Part shown: positions 17,589-25,691 of the stretch, one piece after another
How the letters are laid out: each line of letters starts with the position of its first letter
How positions within the stretch are numbered: position 1 is the first letter of the stretch
Source of the DNA: Candidatus Thorarchaeota archaeon
Lineage (GTDB): Archaea; Asgardarchaeota; Thorarchaeia; Thorarchaeales; Thorarchaeaceae
Reading direction: 5' to 3'
DNA length: 26,955 nucleotides
Assembly: GCA_048884785.1 (NCBI GenBank)
Contig: JBHLQM010000018.1
Span: 25,429-52,383 of the forward strand
The notes under the pieces: model-generated
The model's database searches: none
Told to the model about the DNA's origin: nothing
The model's input: the letters and a program-made list of their open reading frames with translations, nothing else
Translations under genes and position numbers: made by a program

Positions 17589-17637
17589 TAAACCGACTAG
17601 TCGGTTTAATTATAATATAGACTGACCGGTCGGTTTA
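17589..17637. promoter_or_regulatory. Tandem putative TetR operators upstream of the MFS gene
   Basis: Perfect 20-bp palindrome TAAACCGACTAGTCGGTTTA (17589-17608) and the variant TAGACTGACCGGTCGGTTTA (17618-17637, 16/20 match). Confidence 0.8.
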
Positions 17638-17650
17638 TTTAAAGCTTTCG
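17635..17650 (-). promoter_or_regulatory. BRE-TATA promoter of the MFS gene
   Basis: Minus strand CGAAAG-CTTTAAATAA, overlapping the edge of the upstream operator. Confidence 0.65.
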
Positions 17651-17721
17651 GTGAGAGTAGCAAAAGCAAGTCACAAGTCTTGGACGAGAAAAATCAAAGA
17701 GGTTTGATGGATGTGGCCGAT

Positions 17722-17777
17722 AAAAATAGGGGTAGCGGTTGCCTTCTTGACGGAAACCGCGATGGAAAGCTACTCTT
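17722..17777 (-). terminator. Hairpin plus T-tract after the 67-aa ORF
   Basis: GCGGTT/AACCGC stem with an outer GTAGC/GCTAC alternative, then TATTTTT on minus. Confidence 0.45.
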
Positions 17778-17781
17778 TCAC

Positions 17782-17985
17782 TCATTTAATGTATCCTGAT
17801 CGTTGAAAATATACTGCCGCACGATCTTGATACTTCTCAAGATTCCTGTTAGCTTTCCGAGCAAGTTCATTTCTACCTCGGATATCAACTTCCGTACCCT
17901 TATGGCGGTAATTGCCCTTAAGTAGTTTTAATGTAACTTTGCTAAATTGATTTCTTCCTAGTGCTATGATATCTCTGCTTTCCAT
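17782..17985 (-). CDS. 67-aa small basic hypothetical protein
   Basis: Occupies otherwise empty space; SD-like GAGATGTGA upstream and a terminator-like structure downstream. Confidence 0.55.
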   Translation of the reverse strand: MESRDIIALGRNQFSKVTLKLLKGNYRHKGTEVDIRGRNELARKANRNLEKYQDRAAVYFQRSGYIK

Positions 17986-18152
17986 TTTTTTTCACATCTC
18001 TTTGATTGTCTAGTATTGCAGCCATTGCCTGAAACTCATAAGATTGTCAAGTTCGGACTACAATTCGACTGATTATGGCTATGAAGTATCGGATATTTAT
18101 TGGCGGGAGAAAGCAAGTTCCAAATCTTGCAATTAAGCAGTTAGAACTGACA

Positions 18153-18292
18153 AAATGATAACTATCTGGTTCGGATTATGGAGCAAGGAAGTGCTGTGAG
18201 TGAGATGTTTGCAAATCCTCCTCTTGCCTTCTGAAATCGCAGGTGCTTTGCCCTGTTTTCCCATTGCTTCTTTTGAACCAATGTTGTCATTT
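18153..18292 (+). ncRNA. Candidate ~140-nt long-hairpin RNA
   Basis: Four stacked helices of 10, 9, 7 and 5 bp plus an inner 6-bp helix. All non-Watson-Crick pairs within the helices are G-U on +. Confidence 0.4.
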
Positions 18293-18386
18293 AAAGAATC
18301 GGGAACGGCCGAAACCCTTTTGCATAAGAACCTAGGCCTAGAGTATTGCATCTTGTGATTATTTATACTATAGTGAGGAATACGCA

Positions 18387-19850
18387 TTGATTGATTTATC
18401 TCGCAATGAAGAGAATCTTTCTCGAACCATCGAAAGGTGCAGGGAACGAAACATCATCATACCTACATTTGAGCAACTGAAATATCCTGATAGAACTCCT
18501 GAAATTATAAAGGATAGACTCAGGGATACTGGTCTATGGGATATCACTCCTGAAAATCTGTTCAGGATCACTTGGAAAAATGATCCCATGGCAAAAGGTG
18601 GTCTCTTCAAATCCTTTGCAAACTATATCGAGTTGCCTACCAGTCTAACAGGCGTCGAAGCCCGTATAATTACTCTGATAGGCAAATGGTTCCCTACAGG
18701 TGCACACAAAGTAGGAGCTGCTTTTGGTTGTCTTGTTCCGCCTCTTGTGACAGGCCAATTTGATCCTACAAGACACAAGGCTGTCTGGCCATCAACAGGC
18801 AACTACTGCCGTGGTGGAGCATATGATTCCAAACTCCTAGCATGTGAGAGTATCGCAATACTGCCTGAAGAGATGTCACAGGAACGTTTCGATTGGCTCA
18901 GAACAGTCGCAAGTGAAGTGATTGCAACTCCGGGATGCGAGAGTAATGTTAAGGAGATTTATGATAAGGTATGGGAGCTACGAAGAACAAGGAATGACGT
19001 TTTCATATTCAACCAGTTTGCTGAGTTTGGGAACTATCTCTTCCACTATGATGTGACTGCGCATGCCATGCATGAAGTACTAGATATGGAGCTTGGTAAT
19101 GATACATATCAGGGTCTATGCCTAACAACGGGGTCTGCTGGGACAATCGCTTCGGGCGATGGAATGAAGGAGGATTTTCCCAAATCAAGAATTGCAGCAG
19201 GAGAAGCTGTCCAATGCCCTACACTATGGCTAAATGGCTATGGAGGTCATCGCATAGAAGGAATTGGAGACAAGCATGTTCCTTGGATTCACAATGTTGC
19301 CAACACCGACATGATCATCGCAATTGATGATAATGACCCAATGAACCTCATTCGGCTATTTAATGAATCTGTGGGACGAAAGTACCTTATCGAAAACATA
19401 GGTGTGCCCCATGAAATTGTGGAGAAGCTTGATTTGCTTGGTATCTCGAGTATTGCCAATATTCTCATGAGTATTAAGTTTGCCAAATACTATGAACTAA
19501 CCAGTAATGATGTGGTACTAACTGTCGCGACTGATTCAATGGAAATGTATCAGTCCCGGCTGAGAGAAGCCACATCCGCCTATGGCGAATACACTCGTGA
19601 TGATGCTATTCGTGACTACTACAGCAGGCTCCAAGGTCAGAAGACAGATGCCATGATTGAGCTCAATTACTACGATCGAAAAAGAGTGCACCATCTCAAA
19701 TACTTCACTTGGATTGAGCAGCAGGGTTTCAATACAGAGGAACTGAATAGGCAGTGGTACGATCGTAGCTATTGGAAATCCATCCAAGAATCTGTTCCAA
19801 TTATCGATGAGATGATTGTTGAGTTTAATGAGCGCGTTGGGTTGATATGA
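18387..19850 (+). CDS. Fold-type II PLP-dependent enzyme (cysteine/threonine synthase superfamily, long uncharacterised subfamily)
   Basis: FPTGAHKVG (PLP lysine), PSTGNY, TTGSAGT, HRIEGIG. TTTATA about 20 nt upstream of the TTG suggests a leaderless mRNA. Confidence 0.88.
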   Translation: MIDLSRNEENLSRTIERCRERNIIIPTFEQLKYPDRTPEIIKDRLRDTGLWDITPENLFRITWKNDPMAKGGLFKSFANYIELPTSLTGVEARIITLIGKWFPTGAHKVGAAFGCLVPPLVTGQFDPTRHKAVWPSTGNYCRGGAYDSKLLACESIAILPEEMSQERFDWLRTVASEVIATPGCESNVKEIYDKVWELRRTRNDVFIFNQFAEFGNYLFHYDVTAHAMHEVLDMELGNDTYQGLCLTTGSAGTIASGDGMKEDFPKSRIAAGEAVQCPTLWLNGYGGHRIEGIGDKHVPWIHNVANTDMIIAIDDNDPMNLIRLFNESVGRKYLIENIGVPHEIVEKLDLLGISSIANILMSIKFAKYYELTSNDVVLTVATDSMEMYQSRLREATSAYGEYTRDDAIRDYYSRLQGQKTDAMIELNYYDRKRVHHLKYFTWIEQQGFNTEELNRQWYDRSYWKSIQESVPIIDEMIVEFNERVGLI

Positions 19851-19863
19851 GCCATAGAAGCAA

Positions 19864-20991
19864 ATGGAGGGTGCCACTTTGAAGGAGGTCTCAATCATTT
19901 ATGAGAGTCCTCATGGCAAGCAGGTGGAAACGAGATTAGACCCCGCGAGTACTAAGCTCGACCTCTTTATGAGAGCGGCAACCAAGGTTGAATTGGATTC
20001 CTTGAGGAATTGTCACAACCTCGAAATCATAGATTTATCAAAGAATAAACTGGAATCAGTTAATCTCCTCCCTCTCGAATCCCTTGAGAATCTTAGACAA
20101 ATCAGGCTTCGAACAAATCAACTCAAGTCGATAGATCTATGGTCCCTAGTCGGCTCCAAGAATCTAGAGCAGATTGACCTAATAGACAATCGTCTTCTGG
20201 ATGTTAATCTGACCCCGGTAGTAGGTCGGGCATCAGTGTATCTTGATGAAGGCGTGAGAGTCTATCTCGACCACTTGTTGAGATATTTGATTAGTGGGAG
20301 CGACATCGCATGTATTCGTCAATGTAAGCACTCTGGCGAGGAGCTTGATACAACCCCCAGAATCTCCTGGAAGTATTATTCAGAGCTGATTAACGAAGAA
20401 GGTTGGCAGAGAGTCCGCAGTCGTTTGCTTTATCTCCTGGAGCATCTCCCACCAAATAGATGGTTTAAGGCCCAAAAAGGCCTTCTTGAAGGATTCGGGA
20501 TGGCCGAGCTTGCCGGATTTGATGGCAATCCAACTCGGCTTTTGGAGCATACAGATTCTCTGGACAGCTACCAAGACACTCGAGCAGCAATCTATGACAA
20601 TACTATTGAACGACTTCAGGAACAGCTAAAGAGTGGTGGTTCCACACTTTTTCTAGATGTACAGAAGCTGGCAGGAACCAGAGGGTCAAAACTAATTCCC
20701 AGTATTGCCTCCAATAGGGATACAGAGCTAAGTCGTGCGATTGTTCATATCGGTGGCAAGAAGGCAAACCTACTAGCATTGTGGTTGACACATTATGGTT
20801 TCGAGTTGCTCAAAGCTCTCAGATTTGGAATGATAACAGACCATACCGGGTTGGAGCTAATCCGTATTAATTTGGAATCACTTGGCTATAAGCTAAATAC
20901 CATTGATGAAAATCCTCTTGAAGTTCCTATTCCTGCAAGAATATCAGAGGGACTACTAGATTACATATACAGCATCATCAGTATCAACTAG
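19864..20991 (+). CDS. Leucine-rich repeat protein with a non-LRR helical C-terminal domain
   Basis: 24-aa repeats NLEIIDLSKNKLESVNL, NLRQIRLRTNQLKSIDL and NLEQIDLIDNRLLDVNL. Confidence 0.85.
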   Translation: MEGATLKEVSIIYESPHGKQVETRLDPASTKLDLFMRAATKVELDSLRNCHNLEIIDLSKNKLESVNLLPLESLENLRQIRLRTNQLKSIDLWSLVGSKNLEQIDLIDNRLLDVNLTPVVGRASVYLDEGVRVYLDHLLRYLISGSDIACIRQCKHSGEELDTTPRISWKYYSELINEEGWQRVRSRLLYLLEHLPPNRWFKAQKGLLEGFGMAELAGFDGNPTRLLEHTDSLDSYQDTRAAIYDNTIERLQEQLKSGGSTLFLDVQKLAGTRGSKLIPSIASNRDTELSRAIVHIGGKKANLLALWLTHYGFELLKALRFGMITDHTGLELIRINLESLGYKLNTIDENPLEVPIPARISEGLLDYIYSIISIN

Positions 20992-22420
20992 ACCGGTGTT
21001 CATGTACTCTGTAATAGTCCCATACCCGAGACAATGCTCTAATTGCTTCTGGCATGTTTCTTAACACAGGAAGACCGCTTTCAGCAAAAGCTCTCCACGC
21101 CACATTCCTCGCCTCTGGATACGCTATCTCTGGAACTGCAACCAGTACAGGTTTTCTCTGCTTGTCCATCACTGCTCTCCCAGCCTTTGCCATGGCTTTC
21201 CAGTACTCTCCGAGCATATCTTGCGCATTCATAATTGATGCAACTTGATACATATTATGAACATCAGCCTCAAGAATAAGCGAGTCGAAGTTTTTCTCTT
21301 GTCCAGCAAGAGAGATTACAGATCTTACAATTTCATCATCATAATAATCAGCAGCCAGGTCTATAGGATTTCCAAGACCAGTTCCCACATCATGAATCAG
21401 CTCATCCAGTTTGGTGACAATTTCCTCTGACGTCCTCGGAACTCCTAATCCATTCTCGACGCAGAGATCCGTGTATATGACACTCGTTCCGCCGCTTATA
21501 GCAACTATTCCAACATTGTTGGATTTTGGCTTTGGACATAGAGAAAAGATGCTCAGAGTGGCAACCATTTCCTCTATCGTTGTGACAACTGGCACATTTG
21601 CTTGTCTGAGCGCTGCTTCCCAAATGCTTCTACTCCCTGCAAGTGCGCCGGTATGAGAGGCTGCCGCTCTTGAACCTTCAGAAGACCTGCCGCCTTTGAG
21701 AACAACTACAGGCTTATGCTCTGCAAGTTCATGTAGAGATGTATAGAATACTTTACCATTCCTTGTGCCTTCGATGTAAGCTCCAATAACCTCTGTGGAT
21801 TTGTCTTCTTTAAAATGCATTAAGATTTCAGGTGGCGATACATCGATTCCATTTCCAAAACTGAATACTTTGCTGAATCCTAATCCAGATTCAACACCAC
21901 TGCTGTATGTGGCAATCGCAACACCGCCTGATTGGGATAAGAAACCAATGTTCCCAATGCTTCGCTTTACAGTAGGCATGAATGAAACTCCTATTTGGGG
22001 ATAGGTGATACCCATACAATTCGGTCCCAGAACCCGAGTGGGTAGACTAAGTGCGAGGCTCTGCAGTTCCTTTTCCTTTTCTATTCCTTCATTGGTTCCA
22101 AGTTCTGAGAATCCGCTACTGAATATTGTGACACCTTTCGCTCCTTTTTCGGAACATTGTTTTAGAACAGAGGCGACATGGTTGCTGGGAACTGAGATTA
22201 TTGCATAGTCAATATCTTTTGGAATTTGACTTAAGTCTGTGATAACTTCCCTGCCAAGTACTTGACCACCCCTGAGAGCGACAAACCATAGGTCTATGTC
22301 ATGTTCCCACTCCGACATCGAATGTGCCCAGTAGAATCCCATGTTGCCAGAAACCCCTATTATGGCCATTGTCTTAATGTCCAGCATTTCCGATATCGAT
22401 GGTCTCGAAGGCAAATTCAT
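20984..22420 (-). CDS. Acyl-CoA synthetase (ADP-forming) alpha subunit / CoA-binding protein
   Basis: AIIGVS, FSSGFSE, LGPNCMG, SQSGG, YIEG, AASHTGALAG (phospho-His), NPIDL; no ATP-grasp domain. Start taken at ATG 22420 (GGAGTTGA SD); the ORF track extends it to 22462. Confidence 0.88.
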   Translation of the reverse strand: MNLPSRPSISEMLDIKTMAIIGVSGNMGFYWAHSMSEWEHDIDLWFVALRGGQVLGREVITDLSQIPKDIDYAIISVPSNHVASVLKQCSEKGAKGVTIFSSGFSELGTNEGIEKEKELQSLALSLPTRVLGPNCMGITYPQIGVSFMPTVKRSIGNIGFLSQSGGVAIATYSSGVESGLGFSKVFSFGNGIDVSPPEILMHFKEDKSTEVIGAYIEGTRNGKVFYTSLHELAEHKPVVVLKGGRSSEGSRAAASHTGALAGSRSIWEAALRQANVPVVTTIEEMVATLSIFSLCPKPKSNNVGIVAISGGTSVIYTDLCVENGLGVPRTSEEIVTKLDELIHDVGTGLGNPIDLAADYYDDEIVRSVISLAGQEKNFDSLILEADVHNMYQVASIMNAQDMLGEYWKAMAKAGRAVMDKQRKPVLVAVPEIAYPEARNVAWRAFAESGLPVLRNMPEAIRALSRVWDYYRVHEHRSS

Positions 22421-22446
22421 GAGTTCAACTCCAAATCGACGCGTCA

Positions 22447-22546
22447 GAGTTTTGCCCCACATTTAAGATTAGTGAATCAGCACATAGGGCGAGCTGTTTA
22501 ATACCTGCGTGTGATTCAGGTCCAATTATGTGGGGCGAACAAACTC
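22447..22546. repeat. ~100-bp imperfect inverted repeat spanning the divergent promoter region
   Basis: TTTGCCCCACAT/ATGTGGGGCGAA, TGAATCA/TGATTCA and CACATAGG/CCTGCGTG nested. Confidence 0.55.
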
Positions 22547-23676
22547 CCTTTGGGATATGCAGGCGATATCGAAACCTGCTATTGCTTTCATTAGTCGCCT
22601 CATTGATTCTCGTTCCTATAATGGATGGAATAATAATCCAGCGGGATAGGAATCGAAATATGCTCTACGGTGAGATGTTTCTCACACAAGGATTCTCTGT
22701 CTACAATATAACAGACGAGCAGCTTAATGAATCACTTACTATTCCTCAAGACCATCTTCTAACTGGAATCCTTAATGTCACATATGAATATCCAATTGTT
22801 ACACTTGCTTTCTTTGCCGGATTGGCCGCTTTGGAGCCAGGCGTTTTTGGTCCGCATTACTTGGCAAATGTCGTACTCGTCCTGCTAATGCACTTGGACA
22901 TAGTCCTGTTTTTATACATTGGACAGGAGTTTTTAGGAAAGAAATGGTTCAAGCAATTCTTTTGCTTATACTATCTCTTTGGAATCTCACTCGCCGTAGG
23001 CTTTGGAAAGGCAGAGCCATTGGCTGATCTTTTTTGGCTAGTATCTCTGGCGCTATTTCGGAATAAAAGATACTATGAGAGTTCAGCAGTTCTTGGCGTT
23101 GCCGTGCAAACGAAGGTCTACCCTGCGCTGTTCCTCCCTATCCTTGCTGCAACAGCTCCTGTTTCTTTGATTTTCTTTCTAATTGTATTAGGCTCTCTCT
23201 TGACTCCTCTCCTGATAGCGGGGGCCTCATATTCTTCACTGCTTCAGCATCTGCTGAGCAGCACAAGTTATGCTACATCCGTTTCTAATCCATTCTATAT
23301 TGGGCTGTCACTTTCAAATCCGATAGCAATCCTTGCTCCACTAGCTCTTGTTATCGCATTCATCTATTCGGTACTGGAACATCGAAAATATGGCCGCATA
23401 CCCATTCCTGTTCTCAAATTCAGAACACGAGAATGGAAAAACATTATTGTCTACTTATTGCCACTTGCATTGATATTCGTCTCATGGGTCTTAATTTGGT
23501 ATTACTTTTGGTTTATCATCCCGGTCCTTTACATAAAAGGCGATGAAGACCCGGCCTACTATCGATATCTCTTCATCGGACTGCTGCTTGCACACTTCCT
23601 TGGCCTGTTTCTTAACCTTGACTATTTTCTGGCAGGTCCAATCATGGAATTCTTCGGGCACATCAAAATATTCTGA
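22528..23676 (+). CDS. Polytopic membrane protein, GT-C fold glycosyltransferase (GT87-like)
   Basis: About 10 TM, first-loop YEYP motif, GVAVQTKVYPALF motif and WYYFW segment, as in GT87/PIG-M-like enzymes. Confidence 0.65.
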   Translation: MWGEQTPFGICRRYRNLLLLSLVASLILVPIMDGIIIQRDRNRNMLYGEMFLTQGFSVYNITDEQLNESLTIPQDHLLTGILNVTYEYPIVTLAFFAGLAALEPGVFGPHYLANVVLVLLMHLDIVLFLYIGQEFLGKKWFKQFFCLYYLFGISLAVGFGKAEPLADLFWLVSLALFRNKRYYESSAVLGVAVQTKVYPALFLPILAATAPVSLIFFLIVLGSLLTPLLIAGASYSSLLQHLLSSTSYATSVSNPFYIGLSLSNPIAILAPLALVIAFIYSVLEHRKYGRIPIPVLKFRTREWKNIIVYLLPLALIFVSWVLIWYYFWFIIPVLYIKGDEDPAYYRYLFIGLLLAHFLGLFLNLDYFLAGPIMEFFGHIKIF

Positions 23677-23754
23677 ATGAATGTGGAAAATGTCGTCATA
23701 AGGGAATCTTTTTACAGTGGATTATGCCTCACACCATTGTCGACCTCTACATAG

Positions 23755-23769
23755 CGAAAGCGCTTTATG
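23755..23769 (+). promoter_or_regulatory. BRE-TATA promoter of the PIN-domain gene (candidate)
   Basis: CGAAAG-CGC-TTTATG about 85 nt upstream of ATG 23852; argues against the GTG 23717 start. Confidence 0.45.
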
Positions 23770-23851
23770 CGCAATAGAGCCAGCTACACGAGCTTGTACC
23801 ACCTATCACCCTCAGAAGCAAGATAGTCATTTAGCAATGGAAATTGGAGAT

Positions 23852-25678
23852 ATGAATCGAATGCGAATATATCTAGATGCAAATTTCTTCATTTCGGGAT
23901 TCAGTGAGAGACCAAAAGATGTCTTTCTGATCAAGGAAGCTGCAGATATTATTGGAATGGAGTTGTGGATAACAAGACAGGTCTTTCAAGAACTCAGGTG
24001 GTATCTTAGAAGAGAGGTGGAGCAAATTATCCAAATTGATGAAACCCTTAAGAAAGACATCAAGGAGCTCATCGATAGCATTAAGAAACCGGAGTCTTCT
24101 CTGCCACAACCTAACGATATGTCACTTATTCTTGCAGGGATGCGACACAAGAAATCAAAGATAGTCACTAGCGATCTGAAGTTGCTCAACACCATTCAGG
24201 ACTTGAAATTGGCTGTTGAGGGTATGGTGGGTTCCGCTTTCGTCCTGGAATTAATGGAATCAATTGAAAATGAGAATATCAAGAAGAAACTTCTTCCCGT
24301 AAGAGAAAGAATCTATGCCGAAGAAGTGCGATACAGTATCTCCAGAAGCGAAGCGTATGACCCAGTAACAAGGATTCGCATCATTGAGGAGCATGCAATG
24401 CGTGTTCTCAGAGAAGTTAAACGACCAGCAGGTGCCTTTGATCAGAAGCTATCTCGTGGTCAACCGCTTTTCGTGCTGGATTTTCTGGAAGATATCAAAG
24501 CAGGCATCCCGACAATGTTTGATGACTTCACTCAGGGCAAGTATGATACACTTGCTCGAGAGATTGAGGCGGTTCAGACTGAGATTGAACGCCTGCTGAT
24601 AGTATCAACTCTAACAGAAGACCATGAAACCCATGAGAAACTTGTGGAGCACGCGGCAGACCTTACGCTATTTCTGTACTACTTGGAAATGATATGTCAC
24701 CTCTACCGAGGAACTCGAGAAGGTGTCGAAGATGCCCTTGCGATAAGTGATGAGGCCTTTCGTCTTCTAATGTTTGCTGGAGTGAAGGACGACGAACTAA
24801 AGGCATCTGTCTTCTTTGTAAGAATAGTCATTGCCCTAATCAGGGAAGACTACGATGAGATTGATTACTTCTACAGCCTGTACGATAGTCTACTCAAAAG
24901 ATTGGGTCTAGAGCAAATGATGGAGACCTCTGAGGGCCTCTATATCACAATGCAGATTCTAAGGAAGTTTATGGGCGGCTTCTCGCTTTCGAAGACAAAG
25001 CTAGAATATCCCTCTGTTACGATTGCCATGCTTAATGATATCGCCAAGTATGCTATCCAATTTGATGACCATGACAATGCATGGCAGCTGGCTGTTACTG
25101 CATATAAGATAGGAGTTGCCTATGGCAAAGAAGATGGGGCGTTGAATTCGTTTCTGATGCTTTACAAGGTATCATCATCTTCGCATGATAGACTAAAGCC
25201 AGCATTGGAAAAAATCGCGGAACATGCTTTGAAGGTCTTTGTGAAAAAGGAGTGGTCGACTAGTGAGATTACTCCGATTCTGAATGAAATACAGGGTGAT
25301 ATGCCTCCTCTTGATATTAAAATCCCAGAGAAACCCGTTAAAGCTAATAAACTGCCAGATGCCCTGCAGGGATGGATGGATGTTCTTTCATCTGAAAAGA
25401 TAGAAGGCGTGGAAACGCTGGTTGTCCGGAATGATTCGCTTCATGCAAGGATTGGAATAGATGTGTCTCAGCATCCTACCTTGACTAGCCTCAAAACAGG
25501 CCATAAAATTGCTTTAACCAAGGGTGATTTCAAGATTGAAGTGGCAGATGATGAAACAAAGAAAAACTATTCAGTGATGCTGAGCATAATTCCAAGTATG
25601 GGAGCTGAGATATCATTCGAAGGAGAATATGGTTTCAGCTACCTTAAAGTAGCTGAACCTGATGAAAGTATAATATAG
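23852..25678 (+). CDS. Large PIN-domain protein with a helical-repeat middle and a beta-rich C-terminal domain
   Basis: PIN acidic motifs YLDANFF, VFQEL, PNDMSL and VTSDLKL in the first ~120 aa. Start ATG 23852 or 23861; the ORF track starts it at 23717. Confidence 0.78.
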   Translation: MNRMRIYLDANFFISGFSERPKDVFLIKEAADIIGMELWITRQVFQELRWYLRREVEQIIQIDETLKKDIKELIDSIKKPESSLPQPNDMSLILAGMRHKKSKIVTSDLKLLNTIQDLKLAVEGMVGSAFVLELMESIENENIKKKLLPVRERIYAEEVRYSISRSEAYDPVTRIRIIEEHAMRVLREVKRPAGAFDQKLSRGQPLFVLDFLEDIKAGIPTMFDDFTQGKYDTLAREIEAVQTEIERLLIVSTLTEDHETHEKLVEHAADLTLFLYYLEMICHLYRGTREGVEDALAISDEAFRLLMFAGVKDDELKASVFFVRIVIALIREDYDEIDYFYSLYDSLLKRLGLEQMMETSEGLYITMQILRKFMGGFSLSKTKLEYPSVTIAMLNDIAKYAIQFDDHDNAWQLAVTAYKIGVAYGKEDGALNSFLMLYKVSSSSHDRLKPALEKIAEHALKVFVKKEWSTSEITPILNEIQGDMPPLDIKIPEKPVKANKLPDALQGWMDVLSSEKIEGVETLVVRNDSLHARIGIDVSQHPTLTSLKTGHKIALTKGDFKIEVADDETKKNYSVMLSIIPSMGAEISFEGEYGFSYLKVAEPDESII

Positions 25679-25691
25679 AGTGTGTAAGAAG

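Noticed and set aside
16110-17637. Transposon ends or CRISPR repeats
   Set aside because: Three irregularly spaced palindromes at promoters, with no transposase, spacer series or cas genes; they are better explained as operators.
17729-17776. c-di-GMP-I or fluoride riboswitch (GGTAGCGGTTGCC, GCGATGG words)
   Set aside because: The rest of each consensus is missing, and there is no suitably oriented downstream gene.
18153-18292. SRP RNA or RNase P RNA
   Set aside because: No helix-8 GNRA/AGCAG motif or RNase P P4 motifs, and it is too short.
18133-18387. 84-aa minus-strand ORF
   Set aside because: No SD and no recognisable protein features; it overlaps the PLP gene promoter.
23737-23840. 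Multi-branched RNA upstream of the PIN gene
   Set aside because: The helices are short and the central one coincides with a BRE-TATA promoter, so it would not be fully transcribed.
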